A DNA stretch of 63,652 bases, counting the filler, from Lama guanicoe (lineage: Eukaryota): assembly GCA_013239625.1 (NCBI GenBank). It is 136 parts of 136 records of this genome, joined end to end, with 100 filler letters (N's around TTAATTAATTAA, not from the genome) between each part and the next. Parts side by side here need not be neighbours in the genome. Positions count along the whole stretch, not along the records: positions 12,635 to 13,002 come from PNXV01058415.1; positions 13,103 to 13,469 come from PNXV01058416.1; positions 13,570 to 13,937 come from PNXV01058417.1; positions 14,038 to 14,405 come from PNXV01058418.1; positions 14,506 to 14,873 come from PNXV01058419.1; positions 14,974 to 15,341 come from PNXV01058420.1; positions 15,442 to 15,809 come from PNXV01058421.1; positions 15,910 to 16,277 come from PNXV01058422.1; 128 more parts are not named here. The stretch is one strand, 5' to 3'. A program made the translations under genes and the position numbers. Shown here piece by piece: positions 12,916 through 25,743 of this stretch. The notes beneath the pieces are model-generated. The model was given only the letters and a program-made list of their open reading frames with translations, was not told the DNA's origin and did not search any database. Position 1 is the stretch's first letter. Every line of letters starts with the position of its first letter.

Positions 12916-14037
12916 TTGACAAAGTTTGGTTTTGAAGTAATTAAGCTGATCTGCCCACAGATCACAGCACCAGAGGAAGCAGTTACTCTTCATCTTGCAA
13001 AANNNNNNNNNNNNNNNNNNNNNNNNNNNNNNNNNNNNNNNNNNNNTTAATTAATTAANNNNNNNNNNNNNNNNNNNNNNNNNNNNNNNNNNNNNNNNNN
13101 NNCAAATTAAAGTTCACTCTGGATATATGCCCAGGAGTGGGATTGCTGGATTATATGGTAAGTCTTTTTTCAGTGGGCTATTTTTGAGGACTTTCCATGT
13201 TAATTTTCATAACGGCTGCACCATAGTTTGTTGATACTTTTTTTCTCTAAATGGCATGCAGTGTGACCCCAGGGCACACTAACCATTAGGCTTCTCTCTT
13301 TCCTTTCTAATTCAGCAAACTACACATAAATATAGATACAGACACAGATGTATTTCTTTGGATTTTTAAAATCACATCACACTAACTCATAAATGATCAT
13401 AAAACAATAAATTAAGCGATTGAAAAGTACTGATCTCATCTTAACTGAGAGAAATCCCAATGGAACCAGNNNNNNNNNNNNNNNNNNNNNNNNNNNNNNN
13501 NNNNNNNNNNNNNTTAATTAATTAANNNNNNNNNNNNNNNNNNNNNNNNNNNNNNNNNNNNNNNNNNNNGTGTGCATGCTTATGGGAATGACCCAGGAGA
13601 AAGAGAAATTTATGAAAGAAAGGGGGAAACAGCTGGAATGCTGGCTTTGAATAGGACAGAGGGGATGAGATCTCAGACACAAGCCTTGGCCAGGAAAAGT
13701 GGGTCCACAAGAACAGGAAGACCACCTCTGGGCAAGGTGCAGGCCGGGACATGTGAGGAAGCATGCAGACGAGGGAGTCTGGGGACGCAGATCCTCATTC
13801 TGAATGTGTCTGTTTTTATCAGTGAGGAAGTAACCAACATACTTTCCTGAGATTCATTTAAAAAAAAAAATCCAAAAAATGCACATCACATATCACAAGG
13901 TCCTGATAATTAACACACTGAGTTAAAAACTGGGAGANNNNNNNNNNNNNNNNNNNNNNNNNNNNNNNNNNNNNNNNNNNNTTAATTAATTAANNNNNNN
14001 NNNNNNNNNNNNNNNNNNNNNNNNNNNNNNNNNNNNN

Positions 14038-14405
<368 letters not shown>

Positions 14406-15441
14406 NNNNNNNNNNNNNNNNNNNNNNNNNNNNNNNNNNNNNNNNNNNNTTAATTAATTAANNNNNNNNNNNNNNNNNNNNNNNNNNNNNNNNNNNNNNN
14501 NNNNNAAAAGAACAGCTAAAAGGCATTTCATCTTCAAGGAATAGTTGGAACCAAAAGAGCCTTTTTGCTCACATGGTTTCACAACAGACAGTATCCGAAT
14601 CCCTGGGGACACTAAGTGAAAGAGGAGAGCTGGAGAGCTGTCTGAACGTGGCTGACAGATGTGAGGACTGAGAGGTTGACAAACTCCCTCCCAAGGTGAA
14701 GTTCCCAAAGCTGGGAGGGAAGAGTTCTGAGGGTAACCAACAGTCCTCATTCTGCCAGATGAAGCTTTTGGGTAAGGTTGATTATAACTGACCATCTCAT
14801 CTAAGAGAGGGCATACTTTTGCGGATGAATGACACAATGGAAACAACACATCATTTTCTCACCATAAAATAATNNNNNNNNNNNNNNNNNNNNNNNNNNN
14901 NNNNNNNNNNNNNNNNNTTAATTAATTAANNNNNNNNNNNNNNNNNNNNNNNNNNNNNNNNNNNNNNNNNNNNCCTCGCCTGTGTGCTCCAAACTGCTGC
15001 CAGCTCTCACCCCCTCCTCCTCGTGCCTCGTGGGCGTCCCTCCAGAGATGAGGGAAAGGACGGCCACCCCCATTCCAAATGTCAGCATCGCTCCTCCCCA
15101 GACTCAGCTCCCTGCGCCTCCCAAGGAGCCACATCTGGTTCCCAAGTGACATGAGAATGAGGGGTAACCAGGCCGCGCTGGACCCTGCGTGACCCGGTGT
15201 TGGGGGCCAAGTGGGGGCAGGAGAGTCAGCCCCACGTTTCCACCTCTCCAGATGCAACGTGACTGCAGGCGTGTCAGGGAACCCCGACATCGCAAAGGAG
15301 CAGGAACGATGGCTTTGAAGGCCTCGACGTCTCCCACCTTCNNNNNNNNNNNNNNNNNNNNNNNNNNNNNNNNNNNNNNNNNNNNTTAATTAATTAANNN
15401 NNNNNNNNNNNNNNNNNNNNNNNNNNNNNNNNNNNNNNNNN

Positions 15442-15809
15442 AATACACAGGCTACAAGGAAAAGAGGCAAACAAGGAAAGAGGCAAAGGAGCACAAGGGA
15501 AATACTTTTAACAGTTTCGTTGAGCTTTCGTCAAGTTTCGTCCGTGCGTCGACTAGCCAGCCTCCGGGTGTGGCTAGAGCAGGGCTCGAGGATATTTCTC
15601 TGGTCCCTCTTGATCTTGATCTTGAGCAGGTCTCCCGGGTCGCTCTCAATTTTCCAGGGACCCTCTGTCTGAAGTGAAGTCACTCTCTGAACCCTGGAGT
15701 GGGGGATCCAAAGGATGATTCCTACATCTTTAAAAGCGTCCCTGAGCTTTGACGCCGGGATGCTGTGTGCAGGTTCCAGCGGATGCTCAGTGTCTTTGCC
15801 ACTTGCTGT
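15442..15809 (-). mobile_element. Possible ERV internal leader (pre-gag) fragment
   Basis: CpG-retaining sequence with short direct repeats (gatcttgatctt, tttcgt x3) and a pyrimidine tract, reminiscent of ERV1 leaders. No diagnostic motif. Confidence 0.35.
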
Positions 15810-16503
15810 NNNNNNNNNNNNNNNNNNNNNNNNNNNNNNNNNNNNNNNNNNNNTTAATTAATTAANNNNNNNNNNNNNNNNNNNNNNNNNNNNNNNNNNN
15901 NNNNNNNNNAACATAAAACACCACCACTTGTATTCTTTTATAAAACTGCAAAAACAAAATGAACAAAAATATACTTATGCCTGCCCTATAAGACAAGTGG
16001 AACTTGAGACCTAATGAATATTAAATCAGTTTACAAACTGTGATGCACTGTAGGAAAAAGTTCTCATTTAGGGGTAAGGCATCAAGCAGAGTGCACAGTA
16101 TAAAATATGTGGCCATGAATGTTAATTCCCTTCCCGCTTTCATGGCTTTCTCTTGTTCCTCTATGTATGTGGATCAGTTACGTTAAGCTAACAATGTAAC
16201 TGAGGTATTATGAACTTAATAATGTAATTGAGAATCTGACTTTTAGCAAGGGAGTAGTTCTTAGAAATTTAGGGAGTNNNNNNNNNNNNNNNNNNNNNNN
16301 NNNNNNNNNNNNNNNNNNNNNTTAATTAATTAANNNNNNNNNNNNNNNNNNNNNNNNNNNNNNNNNNNNNNNNNNNNGAAGAAGGAGAAGAAGAAGGGGA
16401 AGGGGAAGTGAGAGGGAGGGGGAGAAAAGGGCTTAGATGAGAAGTTGTAAGTAGCAAATTGGAGTGGGCAAAAGGAATACTTAGGAGACTTCTTTCTGAA
16501 CAT

Positions 16504-16745
16504 TCATGACTCTGCTCCTCACCAAGTCTTTACTGCTCAGTGCCATGGATATGGTCAGCCCATGATCATCTGCATTACAACAGCAGAATGTCCAGGCCAT
16601 TTTGCATTTGCCTGGTCACTCTCCCCTACCTCTAGGGGTCCATGGTGGCCACAGTGAAGGTGATACTGACCTCTTGCTTGTCTTTTTGTGGGCCCAACGC
16701 CATCAACCATTTCTACTGTGCTGACCAGCCCTCTTAATGTTAACG
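16504..16745 (+). pseudogene. Olfactory receptor pseudogene fragment (OR5-like; TM3 to extracellular loop 2)
   Basis: FMTLLLTKSLLLSAM...HLHYNSRMSRPFCICLVTLPYL*GSMVATVKVILTSCLSFCGPNAINHFYCAD. Premature TAG at 16633-16635, damaged MAYDRY motif, frameshift near 16725. Confidence 0.88.
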
Positions 16746-17383
16746 NNNNNNNNNNNNNNNNNNNNNNNNNNNNNNNNNNNNNNNNNNNNTTAATTAATTA
16801 ANNNNNNNNNNNNNNNNNNNNNNNNNNNNNNNNNNNNNNNNNNNNCCCCCATTGACGGGGTGGGGTGGGGGTTTGCAGTGACTTGGCGTCTTCTGGCACA
16901 TTTTTCCCTTAGACTAAGTTAAGGTGCCAAGCCTAAAACAATATTCCTTTGCAAGATTTAGCATGGAAGGAATTTCTGAAACCACAGGGTAGAAATTAAT
17001 GATTAGCTTGAGATGCTATTAGCGTATCAGCAGGAGAAAGGACTAAATGAGCTATGATCTGAAGTAAAATATGTCATCCTGGAAATTGCAAGTGATAGGA
17101 TGGAGAAACAGTACTGGGTAATAGGGGAGGAGAAGGAATGAGCTATTAGACTGAGAAGCAAGGAGACAAGCATTTAAATTAAGAGGACAGGACAATGAGA
17201 CGGCGTGGGTTAANNNNNNNNNNNNNNNNNNNNNNNNNNNNNNNNNNNNNNNNNNNNTTAATTAATTAANNNNNNNNNNNNNNNNNNNNNNNNNNNNNNN
17301 NNNNNNNNNNNNNCTGCTGGGCCCCCTCCTGCCGCTCTGAGGGCGCGCCTGCCCCTGGGGCCTCCCGGACACCGACGGCCGCT

Positions 17384-17430
17384 TTGTACGAAATAAATGT
17401 TATTTATTCATTTTTCTAATCCTGTTCTTC
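17384..17430 (+). terminator. Candidate polyadenylation site of an unidentified gene
   Basis: GC-rich UTR-like sequence, then TGTA, AATAAA (17392-17397) and a T-rich downstream tract. Confidence 0.35.
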
Positions 17431-19185
17431 CTTTATGGCCACATTAGTTCTTGGATGTCTGCTTATGTTATCGTCTATTTGTAGAAAAGGGTAAAATAAT
17501 GACGGCCTCCTCTATTCAGAACAATCCTTTTTTCCAGACCATTTGTTACATAAAAAGGTTGGCTGTGGCTGGAAGAGAGAGAACAGAATTACACCCCATC
17601 TACGATGTTTTTCCTTGCTGATTTATATCAATGCCAAATGACTTACGAGTTTTAAAAAATGTTATTCTTTCAGAACCATGCNNNNNNNNNNNNNNNNNNN
17701 NNNNNNNNNNNNNNNNNNNNNNNNNTTAATTAATTAANNNNNNNNNNNNNNNNNNNNNNNNNNNNNNNNNNNNNNNNNNNNTCAAGTGAGGAGGAGGACA
17801 GTTGGGAAGACCCCTCGCTGTCCAACCTGCACCCTCCTTGCTGTGACGGAAGCCCACTCTCTGCTTCAGGCCCCTTTAGGGCTGGTGGGCAGCAGCTGGA
17901 AGCTGGTCATCTTGGGAGAGACTCAGAGCACATTTCCTGGAGCCTTGTCTATTCAAGTTTCGTGGATTTAATTTTTGACTTCTTGGTCATTTTTGTGACT
18001 CTTTAGATCCCCTCTCTAGTCTCTCCAAATTCATGTATAGTTGTTGGAGCCCAGACTGTTCCATTAGGGGCTTGAGCCCATGATTCCTATGCGTTGCATT
18101 CCTAGGTATGTGTCTGGAATTGTTTTTCTCTTTTGTGTGTTTTTCTCTTNNNNNNNNNNNNNNNNNNNNNNNNNNNNNNNNNNNNNNNNNNNNTTAATTA
18201 ATTAANNNNNNNNNNNNNNNNNNNNNNNNNNNNNNNNNNNNNNNNNNNNAAGTATACCAAAAGGCTTCACTAAGATTTATCAAATGCCTATTAATTATGC
18301 CTGCTTGAAGCACTTTACATAATCCAATAGATTCAGAAAGAAAAATCTAAACATTGATTGTTTCAATACAACTTTGCTGTAACAATAATTTTTGTTAAAT
18401 GCTCTTATTTCATCAGATGTTTAAATAACTTGATCAGTCCAAATCTTCAAGATGCAGATTTAGGTCCTTCAATTTGTGGGAAATAGTTTATATATATCTC
18501 AATAAGCAAGCCTAGTTATCTCTTGTCAACAGTCACTCCAATCCAACTTTCAGAAAAAGTCTATTCATTTTTTATTCAGATACAGTCTTAATATTCATAT
18601 CAAGAAATGAGAACAAANNNNNNNNNNNNNNNNNNNNNNNNNNNNNNNNNNNNNNNNNNNNTTAATTAATTAANNNNNNNNNNNNNNNNNNNNNNNNNNN
18701 NNNNNNNNNNNNNNNNNAGCAGGTTTCTACATTTAATTAATGTTTTTCACTGTTCTTTTAATATTTCTCTCTCCCTTAACTAGAACTTAGTTTATGAGGA
18801 TTCTTTTACTAGAGGGACAGTCTATATTATAAACCCTGAAGAACCTGAGACTCTGATGGATCATGACATGATTAAATCACCATATACTTTGTATTTTAAC
18901 CTGAGACATTTTTGAGTATGAGATTTCTATTAATAATTATATTAGTATAAGATGTATAAATGAAGACAGTCTCAGGCAAATCAGGACACATGACTACCCT
19001 ATGTATATGTGGGTTTCTATGTTACTCCATTGAATTTAACTGACAGGCATGGCTGTACTAGGAAAAACATTAGAGTGTCTGACATNNNNNNNNNNNNNNN
19101 NNNNNNNNNNNNNNNNNNNNNNNNNNNNNTTAATTAATTAANNNNNNNNNNNNNNNNNNNNNNNNNNNNNNNNNNNNNNNNNNNN

Positions 19186-19553
19186 TCAGCCTCCTCTTCT
19201 GTCCAATGGGACAGGACCTGATACCTCCCGGGGGATCCTACCTGTCCGTCCCTCCCCGGAGTCTGGCTCTGGTTGCTGTCACAAAGGAGAACCCAGAATA
19301 CCATCGGGCGGCGCCACCTTGTTCGCTGCTGGAGTCCTGTCCCCCGGTCGGCCGGAGAAACCAGTCCAGCAGCTCAAGGGGCCTGTATGGTTGTATCTCG
19401 CTGGGGCCTCCAGAAATGTTACAGAAACAACAGGCCAACCAAGAAACAAGAACCACTCGGAGGGTTGGCGTACTCAGATGTATTATGCCGGTGGGCTCAG
19501 AGGAGCTTCTGCTCCAAAGCTCTGAGCACCTCCAAGATGTGCACATGAGGTTT
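19186..19553 (-). mobile_element. Endogenous retrovirus 5' LTR (R/U5)-PBS-leader junction, ERV1-like
   Basis: On the minus strand the LTR ends ...ctgtaaCA at 19417, then tttc, then an 18-nt PBS, then a CpG-rich leader with candidate donor CAG/GTAGG at ~19241. Confidence 0.85.
19395..19412 (-). promoter_or_regulatory. Retroviral primer-binding site, tRNA-Thr
   Basis: TGGAGGCCCCAGCGAGAT is complementary to the 3' end of mammalian tRNA-Thr(TGT), ...ATCTCGCTGGGGCCT-CCA, and lies 4 nt after the LTR end. Confidence 0.85.
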
Positions 19554-19653
19554 NNNNNNNNNNNNNNNNNNNNNNNNNNNNNNNNNNNNNNNNNNNNTTA
19601 ATTAATTAANNNNNNNNNNNNNNNNNNNNNNNNNNNNNNNNNNNNNNNNNNNN

Positions 19654-20021
19654 TTTTAAGATCTACTCTCTTAGCAACATTCAAATGTATATAATGTTAT
19701 TATTAACTACAGGGACCATTCTGTACATTATATCTCCAGGATTTAAGTTTATAACTGGAAATTTGTGCCTTGTGACCTCATTCATTTTTCTCCCCCTTCT
19801 GTCTATTCTCTGTATCTGTAAGTTAATTGTGTGTGTGTTTTAGATTTCACTTATAAGTGAGATTATACAGTATTTGTATTTCTCTTGTTGTCTTATCTCA
19901 TTTAGCATAATTCATTCCCCATCCATCTATGTTGTTGCAAATGGCAGAATTTTCTTCTTTGAATAAAATTAAATGAATATAGAATGAAATAAATAATATT
20001 TCATTGTGTTTGTGTATGTAT
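19654..20021 (-). mobile_element. LINE-1 3'UTR fragment
   Basis: ttaagatctactctcttagcaac...tagatttcacttataagtgagattatacagtatttgt...gttgttgcaaatggcagaattttc. Confidence 0.88.
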
Positions 20022-21057
20022 NNNNNNNNNNNNNNNNNNNNNNNNNNNNNNNNNNNNNNNNNNNNTTAATTAATTAANNNNNNNNNNNNNNNNNNNNNNN
20101 NNNNNNNNNNNNNNNNNNNNNTTTTTTTTTCCCTAAAGAACTTTCTCTCCCCACCCTCCTCCATACCTTTCTTGGCATTGGGTTCCTTTAAAACAGTATC
20201 TTCTCTCAGTTTTACTTCTTAAAATGTGGGGCGTGGACAGAAAGGAATAATCAGATGGACTCTTATCAGTCAATACTGTCACAATTTGGAAATGTAAGAT
20301 TCTTGATAAGTGGACTGAATCTTCCTTGTCCATCACATACACTAAAAGTCCTATTTAGTTGAAAACACGTAGTGTTCTACTACCCAAAGGTTACAGATCA
20401 AATTTTTCTTGAGAATAAACACTCCACCATTTGAAACTTAACTGTTCTTCTGATCAGAGATGTGTTTCATTGCCTCTTGTTGCCTTTTTNNNNNNNNNNN
20501 NNNNNNNNNNNNNNNNNNNNNNNNNNNNNNNNNTTAATTAATTAANNNNNNNNNNNNNNNNNNNNNNNNNNNNNNNNNNNNNNNNNNNNTCACTGATGGA
20601 GCCTAGATTCCAGACTCAGACTGAGTCCTGGTCCTGGTCACTGGTCACACGCTGAGTCTTGACCCTGGTCACACGTTGAGCCCTGACCCTGTGTCTCATC
20701 TGGAGCCACTTGTGCACGTTCACATATAGTTATGCATGTGTCATGTTCTTGAAGGGCTGCCCGCTTTTCCAGCCACACGCAGCTGTCAGCCATGTGACAT
20801 GCTTGTCTTGGAAAGTCTGAGCCACAGGCTCCACCAACAGAGCAGACCCTCTGCCTGCCTCGCCCCCAGTTGTACACACACACTTGCACACATGGGCTCA
20901 ACTTCTACACTTGAGGTGACTGCTCCCAACAGGGCCGAGGGCCCCACCTCCCACACANNNNNNNNNNNNNNNNNNNNNNNNNNNNNNNNNNNNNNNNNNN
21001 NTTAATTAATTAANNNNNNNNNNNNNNNNNNNNNNNNNNNNNNNNNNNNNNNNNNNN

Positions 21058-21107
21058 TAAAAGAAACAGATCCAATATGGAGTCAGATTTGTTCTTCCCT
21101 GTTGCAA
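21058..21107 (-). mobile_element. ERV1 LTR 5' end (MER41-like)
   Basis: Minus strand TGcaacagggaagaacaaatctgactccatattggatctgtttctttta, an LTR start. Confidence 0.55.
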
Positions 21108-23401
21108 GAAGATCATGACCATTTTCCTCTAACTGTCCAGGAGAGAGGGGGACAAAACTGTTGAAAGCTTGACAGACCTCTGTCATCATTTAGGAATTGA
21201 GACATGCTTTCATTTAAAAGTAAATAAAATTGTATTTGGGTATCCATAGTGTGATAACCACCATTTTAAATCTATATGGAAAAGAGAAATGATGAGGACT
21301 TTGTGATCATTCTGACATAATTCAAATCATAATGACACCTTAATGAAGTGCAAACTCAACATACTATGCCCGTTTCCAACTTCACTGGCATCCCTGAACA
21401 GCACACACGTGATGGGGCGATATACNNNNNNNNNNNNNNNNNNNNNNNNNNNNNNNNNNNNNNNNNNNNTTAATTAATTAANNNNNNNNNNNNNNNNNNN
21501 NNNNNNNNNNNNNNNNNNNNNNNNNCACTGCTCCCTAAAAACATTGAAGAGAACAGATTTCAAGCAGGCCAGCTTTTGACACCTATTAAGTGAATCTCTC
21601 CCAAACATTTGCTTGGAATCAACACGTTTTGCACACAGTGACCTTCACACAAGCGTAGGTCTCCTATTTCTGCCACTCAAAATGTGGATTTTGAGAGACT
21701 GAAGCAATATTGTTTTACCTATGGGGTGTTTGGGTTTTAATCAAGAGGTTTTGCAATGACAGCTTATAATGCGGCAGCTGGCATTACCGAAAAAGCCATA
21801 TGGAACTATCATTGTGCTGCTGTAAATGCTATCAGCTAACTGGTTCATTTTCAAAGCTCTCATTAAAGTGAGTTTGATCACAGAGGCCTCAAGANNNNNN
21901 NNNNNNNNNNNNNNNNNNNNNNNNNNNNNNNNNNNNNNTTAATTAATTAANNNNNNNNNNNNNNNNNNNNNNNNNNNNNNNNNNNNNNNNNNNNGACATG
22001 AGTTCATTCTTCATTTTATTTGCATGTCCCACAATGACATCCCAAATACTGAATTCAAATGACAAACTGCAGTTCCTCGGTGTTAGTGCTAATTTATGGT
22101 AACAATCATTTCTTTTAAGTATCTGTCTTATTTTACCTTTCATTTTAAATTGCAAACTGAAGTATATATTTACATGTTTATACACAAATAGCCCCAAAAA
22201 CAAATTAATCTCGAGCCTGGTCCAAGAGTGTCCACTTTAGAAGTGGTGGCATACTATATACATCCTCTTCCAAGTCTTCAGACTTGGTGAGTTCCCAACA
22301 TTTGTTCACAAATGGTTCCCCTTGGAGCTTAATAAACCAAGTGCTTCATTTCTGAGTAAATCANNNNNNNNNNNNNNNNNNNNNNNNNNNNNNNNNNNNN
22401 NNNNNNNTTAATTAATTAANNNNNNNNNNNNNNNNNNNNNNNNNNNNNNNNNNNNNNNNNNNNGGGGGCTGTGCAGCTGCAGGGATGAGGCAGGAGGGGC
22501 TGAGAGATCAGGTAAGAGCAGGAGTTTGAAGTGGGAGTCGGGTGGCAGGCACCTGGCAGTACCAGGCAGTCCTGGGAAGGCACGAGGCATCCCCAGTCCC
22601 GCAGGACATGTGGGTTGGGCCAAATATTCAAGTTACCTGGATGGGGAATCTTTCAACCTGAACATCGGGTGGTTCCACTGTTAACTTAGGGAGAAACTCT
22701 TAGTTACTTGTGTCATTCATGTCTTAACGAATCTTAAAATCTCTGTTTGCTTCTTTTAAGATATTTACTAATGTATGAAATATACCAATTCAATTTAATT
22801 CTCCAGATTTATTCCGTGTGTTGATATTGTGTNNNNNNNNNNNNNNNNNNNNNNNNNNNNNNNNNNNNNNNNNNNNTTAATTAATTAANNNNNNNNNNNN
22901 NNNNNNNNNNNNNNNNNNNNNNNNNNNNNNNNACAGCTGGCTTAGAATTGGAAAGTCCTGATCACAAGAAAAGATACGGGACATTGTTATGCTGCTGGTG
23001 TCCCAGAAATCAGATCCTGTCCCTTGATGATCGAGAAAGAGATGCCACTATAGGAAGAATCAGAGAAAGATGAAGATAAAGCTTCAGCCACGGCCCATTG
23101 GAGCTGCCTGTTTCCACCTCTTCCATTCCATGCCAACTCAACCATTCCTTGGGGAACAGGGAGCAGAAATTTAGCTGGTTACTTGAAATGAGCAATTCAA
23201 CAATGGAGAAAGGAGACATTCCCAAGGGCAGACTCTGAATTTGGGGGGATAGTTATCCTTACCCACTGAAACCAGGTTGCTGAAATTCTCCAACATCACT
23301 TNNNNNNNNNNNNNNNNNNNNNNNNNNNNNNNNNNNNNNNNNNNNTTAATTAATTAANNNNNNNNNNNNNNNNNNNNNNNNNNNNNNNNNNNNNNNNNNN
23401 N

Positions 23402-23770
23402 CAAAATTCAGTATCTATTCATTATAAAGACTCTAATCAAAGTCTTTATAGATGGAAATATCTCAACACAACAAAGGTCATTTATGATAAACCCACAACT
23501 AACATCATAATGCTGGAAAGCTGCAAGATGTTTTTCTGAAATCAGGAACAAGACAAGGATGTCCACTCCTGTCACTTCTATTTAACATAGTATAGGAAGT
23601 GTTAGCCATAGCAATCAGAAAAGAAAAAGAAATAAAAGGCATCCAACTTGAAAGAGAAGAAGTAAAACTGTCACTATATGCAGATGACATGATATCAGAT
23701 ATAAAAAACCATGAATTCTCCATGCAAAACTGTTAGAACTAATAAATGAATCCAGCAAGGTTGTAGGATA
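23402..23770 (+). mobile_element. LINE-1 ORF2 reverse transcriptase fragment, disrupted
   Basis: [54 protein letters not shown] at 23677-23688; internal stop. Confidence 0.95.
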
Positions 23771-23981
23771 NNNNNNNNNNNNNNNNNNNNNNNNNNNNNN
23801 NNNNNNNNNNNNNNTTAATTAATTAANNNNNNNNNNNNNNNNNNNNNNNNNNNNNNNNNNNNNNNNNNNNGTTCTTGGATAAGGGAGCTTTATGGGTGGG
23901 GGTGGGGGGTTTTCCTTGGGTATCTAAAGCAGGGAAGCCTCGGTCTTCCTACGTCTATTGTGGACCATTTCAAGTCAGATC

Positions 23982-24093
23982 TTTTAATCATAATTTTTTG
24001 TGTGTGTGGGGGCCTAGAGGAAATACTGGGGATTGAGCCCAGGACCTCATGAATACGAAGCATGTGCTCTACCACTTAAACTATATTCTCCCC
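23982..24093 (-). mobile_element. Full-length short tRNA-derived SINE with target-site duplication
   Basis: Antisense tRNA-Ala-like body; aagtcagatc on both sides (23972-23981 and 24098-24107). Confidence 0.85.
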
Positions 24094-24339
24094 TCTTAAG
24101 TCAGATCCTGTAAGTTTGGTGATTTTACCTGTTTAGTGTGAGGACACCCCACAGTCCAGAAGTATAATTGAACTCTGCCTGTGCTAAACTCTCAAAGTCG
24201 CTGAAAGTCTCATTAGGTATGATCTGAGAACTCCTGTGTNNNNNNNNNNNNNNNNNNNNNNNNNNNNNNNNNNNNNNNNNNNNTTAATTAATTAANNNNN
24301 NNNNNNNNNNNNNNNNNNNNNNNNNNNNNNNNNNNNNNN

Positions 24340-24705
24340 GACACAACATTGTAAAATGACTATAAATCAATAAAAATGTTTAAAAAATAAAAATAAAAAA
24401 GAAGATGTAGTATATATACAATGGAATACTACTCAGCCACAAAAAGTAATAAAATAATGCCTTTTGCAACAAAATGGATGGACCTGGATATTGTCATTCT
24501 AAGTGAAGTAATCCAGAAAGGGAAAGAATAATACCATATGATATCACTTATATTTGGAATCTAAAAAAAAAAGATAAACTTGTTTACAAAACAGAAACAG
24601 ACTCACAGACATAAAAAACAAATTTATAGTTACCAGGGGGATAACTGGGTGACAACGGATAAATTGGGAATTTGAGATTTGCAGATACTAACTAATATAT
24701 ATAAA
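24340..24705 (+). mobile_element. Young L1 3' tail (24340-24400) abutting a second L1 ORF2-end/3'UTR (24401-24705)
   Basis: Poly(A) tail followed directly by gaagatgtagtatatatacaatggaatactactcagcc...atggatggacctgga...aagtgaagtaa. Confidence 0.9.
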
Positions 24706-25274
24706 NNNNNNNNNNNNNNNNNNNNNNNNNNNNNNNNNNNNNNNNNNNNTTAATTAATTAANNNNNNNNNNNNNNNNNNNNNNNNNNNNNNNNNNNNNNN
24801 NNNNNAAAAAACCCCAAACAAACCTAGTAACAGTGAACAGCTCTGGAACGGAAAGATGAGTGCCTGGGGAACAGAAGAGAGGACACTCTTTATCAAAGAC
24901 TCTTTCATACATTTAAAATTTTGTAACAGGTGATTTTATTACCAGTTTAAGAAGTGAGAATAAAGAAAACAAAAACATAGGGAAGAGTGCGGCAATGAGG
25001 TTTAATAGCTCAGGTGAGTTCAACAGGAGTAAAACATACTTTAGGCCACAGACAGGTTCGGCTTTCAGAAAGGAAGAGGAGACATCTGCTGTGTCAAGTG
25101 CTCTCACCATCTGAAGCACAACATGCTTAGTGCAAAGGGACATGTTTAAAAACAGGAAATCAACAAACTTAGCANNNNNNNNNNNNNNNNNNNNNNNNNN
25201 NNNNNNNNNNNNNNNNNNTTAATTAATTAANNNNNNNNNNNNNNNNNNNNNNNNNNNNNNNNNNNNNNNNNNNN

Positions 25275-25643
25275 AAAGGTCCAGTTAAAGTCACAAAAGA
25301 CAGCAAAGAGATGAAGACAAAAATAGAATCAAAGAACAAGTACAACAAATGAACACAGGAGCAAATGCGAGATATTAATCCAACTATGTCAATAACTAGT
25401 TTGAACATCAGTGGTCTAAATGAACCAATTAAAAGGCAGATATTGTAGAATGAACAAAAAATAATAGCCAACTATATGTTGTTTATAAGAAACTCACTTT
25501 GAATATAAAATACAGATTAAAAGTACAGGGGTAGAAAAAATTAAAAATAAAAAAATAAAAGTAAAGGGATAGAGAAAGATACACCATCCCAACACTAATC
25601 AATTGGAAGCAGAGAATATGTGGCATAAAAAAAATACACACAC
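25275..25643 (+). mobile_element. Old L1 inter-ORF/endonuclease start fragment
   Basis: Degenerate coding for SIITLNVNGLN.PIKRQ...CCL.ETH. Confidence 0.8.
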
Positions 25644-25743
25644 NNNNNNNNNNNNNNNNNNNNNNNNNNNNNNNNNNNNNNNNNNNNTTAATTAATTAAN
25701 NNNNNNNNNNNNNNNNNNNNNNNNNNNNNNNNNNNNNNNNNNN

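Noticed and set aside
20641..20690. Two-copy 24-bp tandem repeat (ctggtcacacg(c/t)tgag...gacc)
   Set aside because: Ordinary short local duplication with no further structure.
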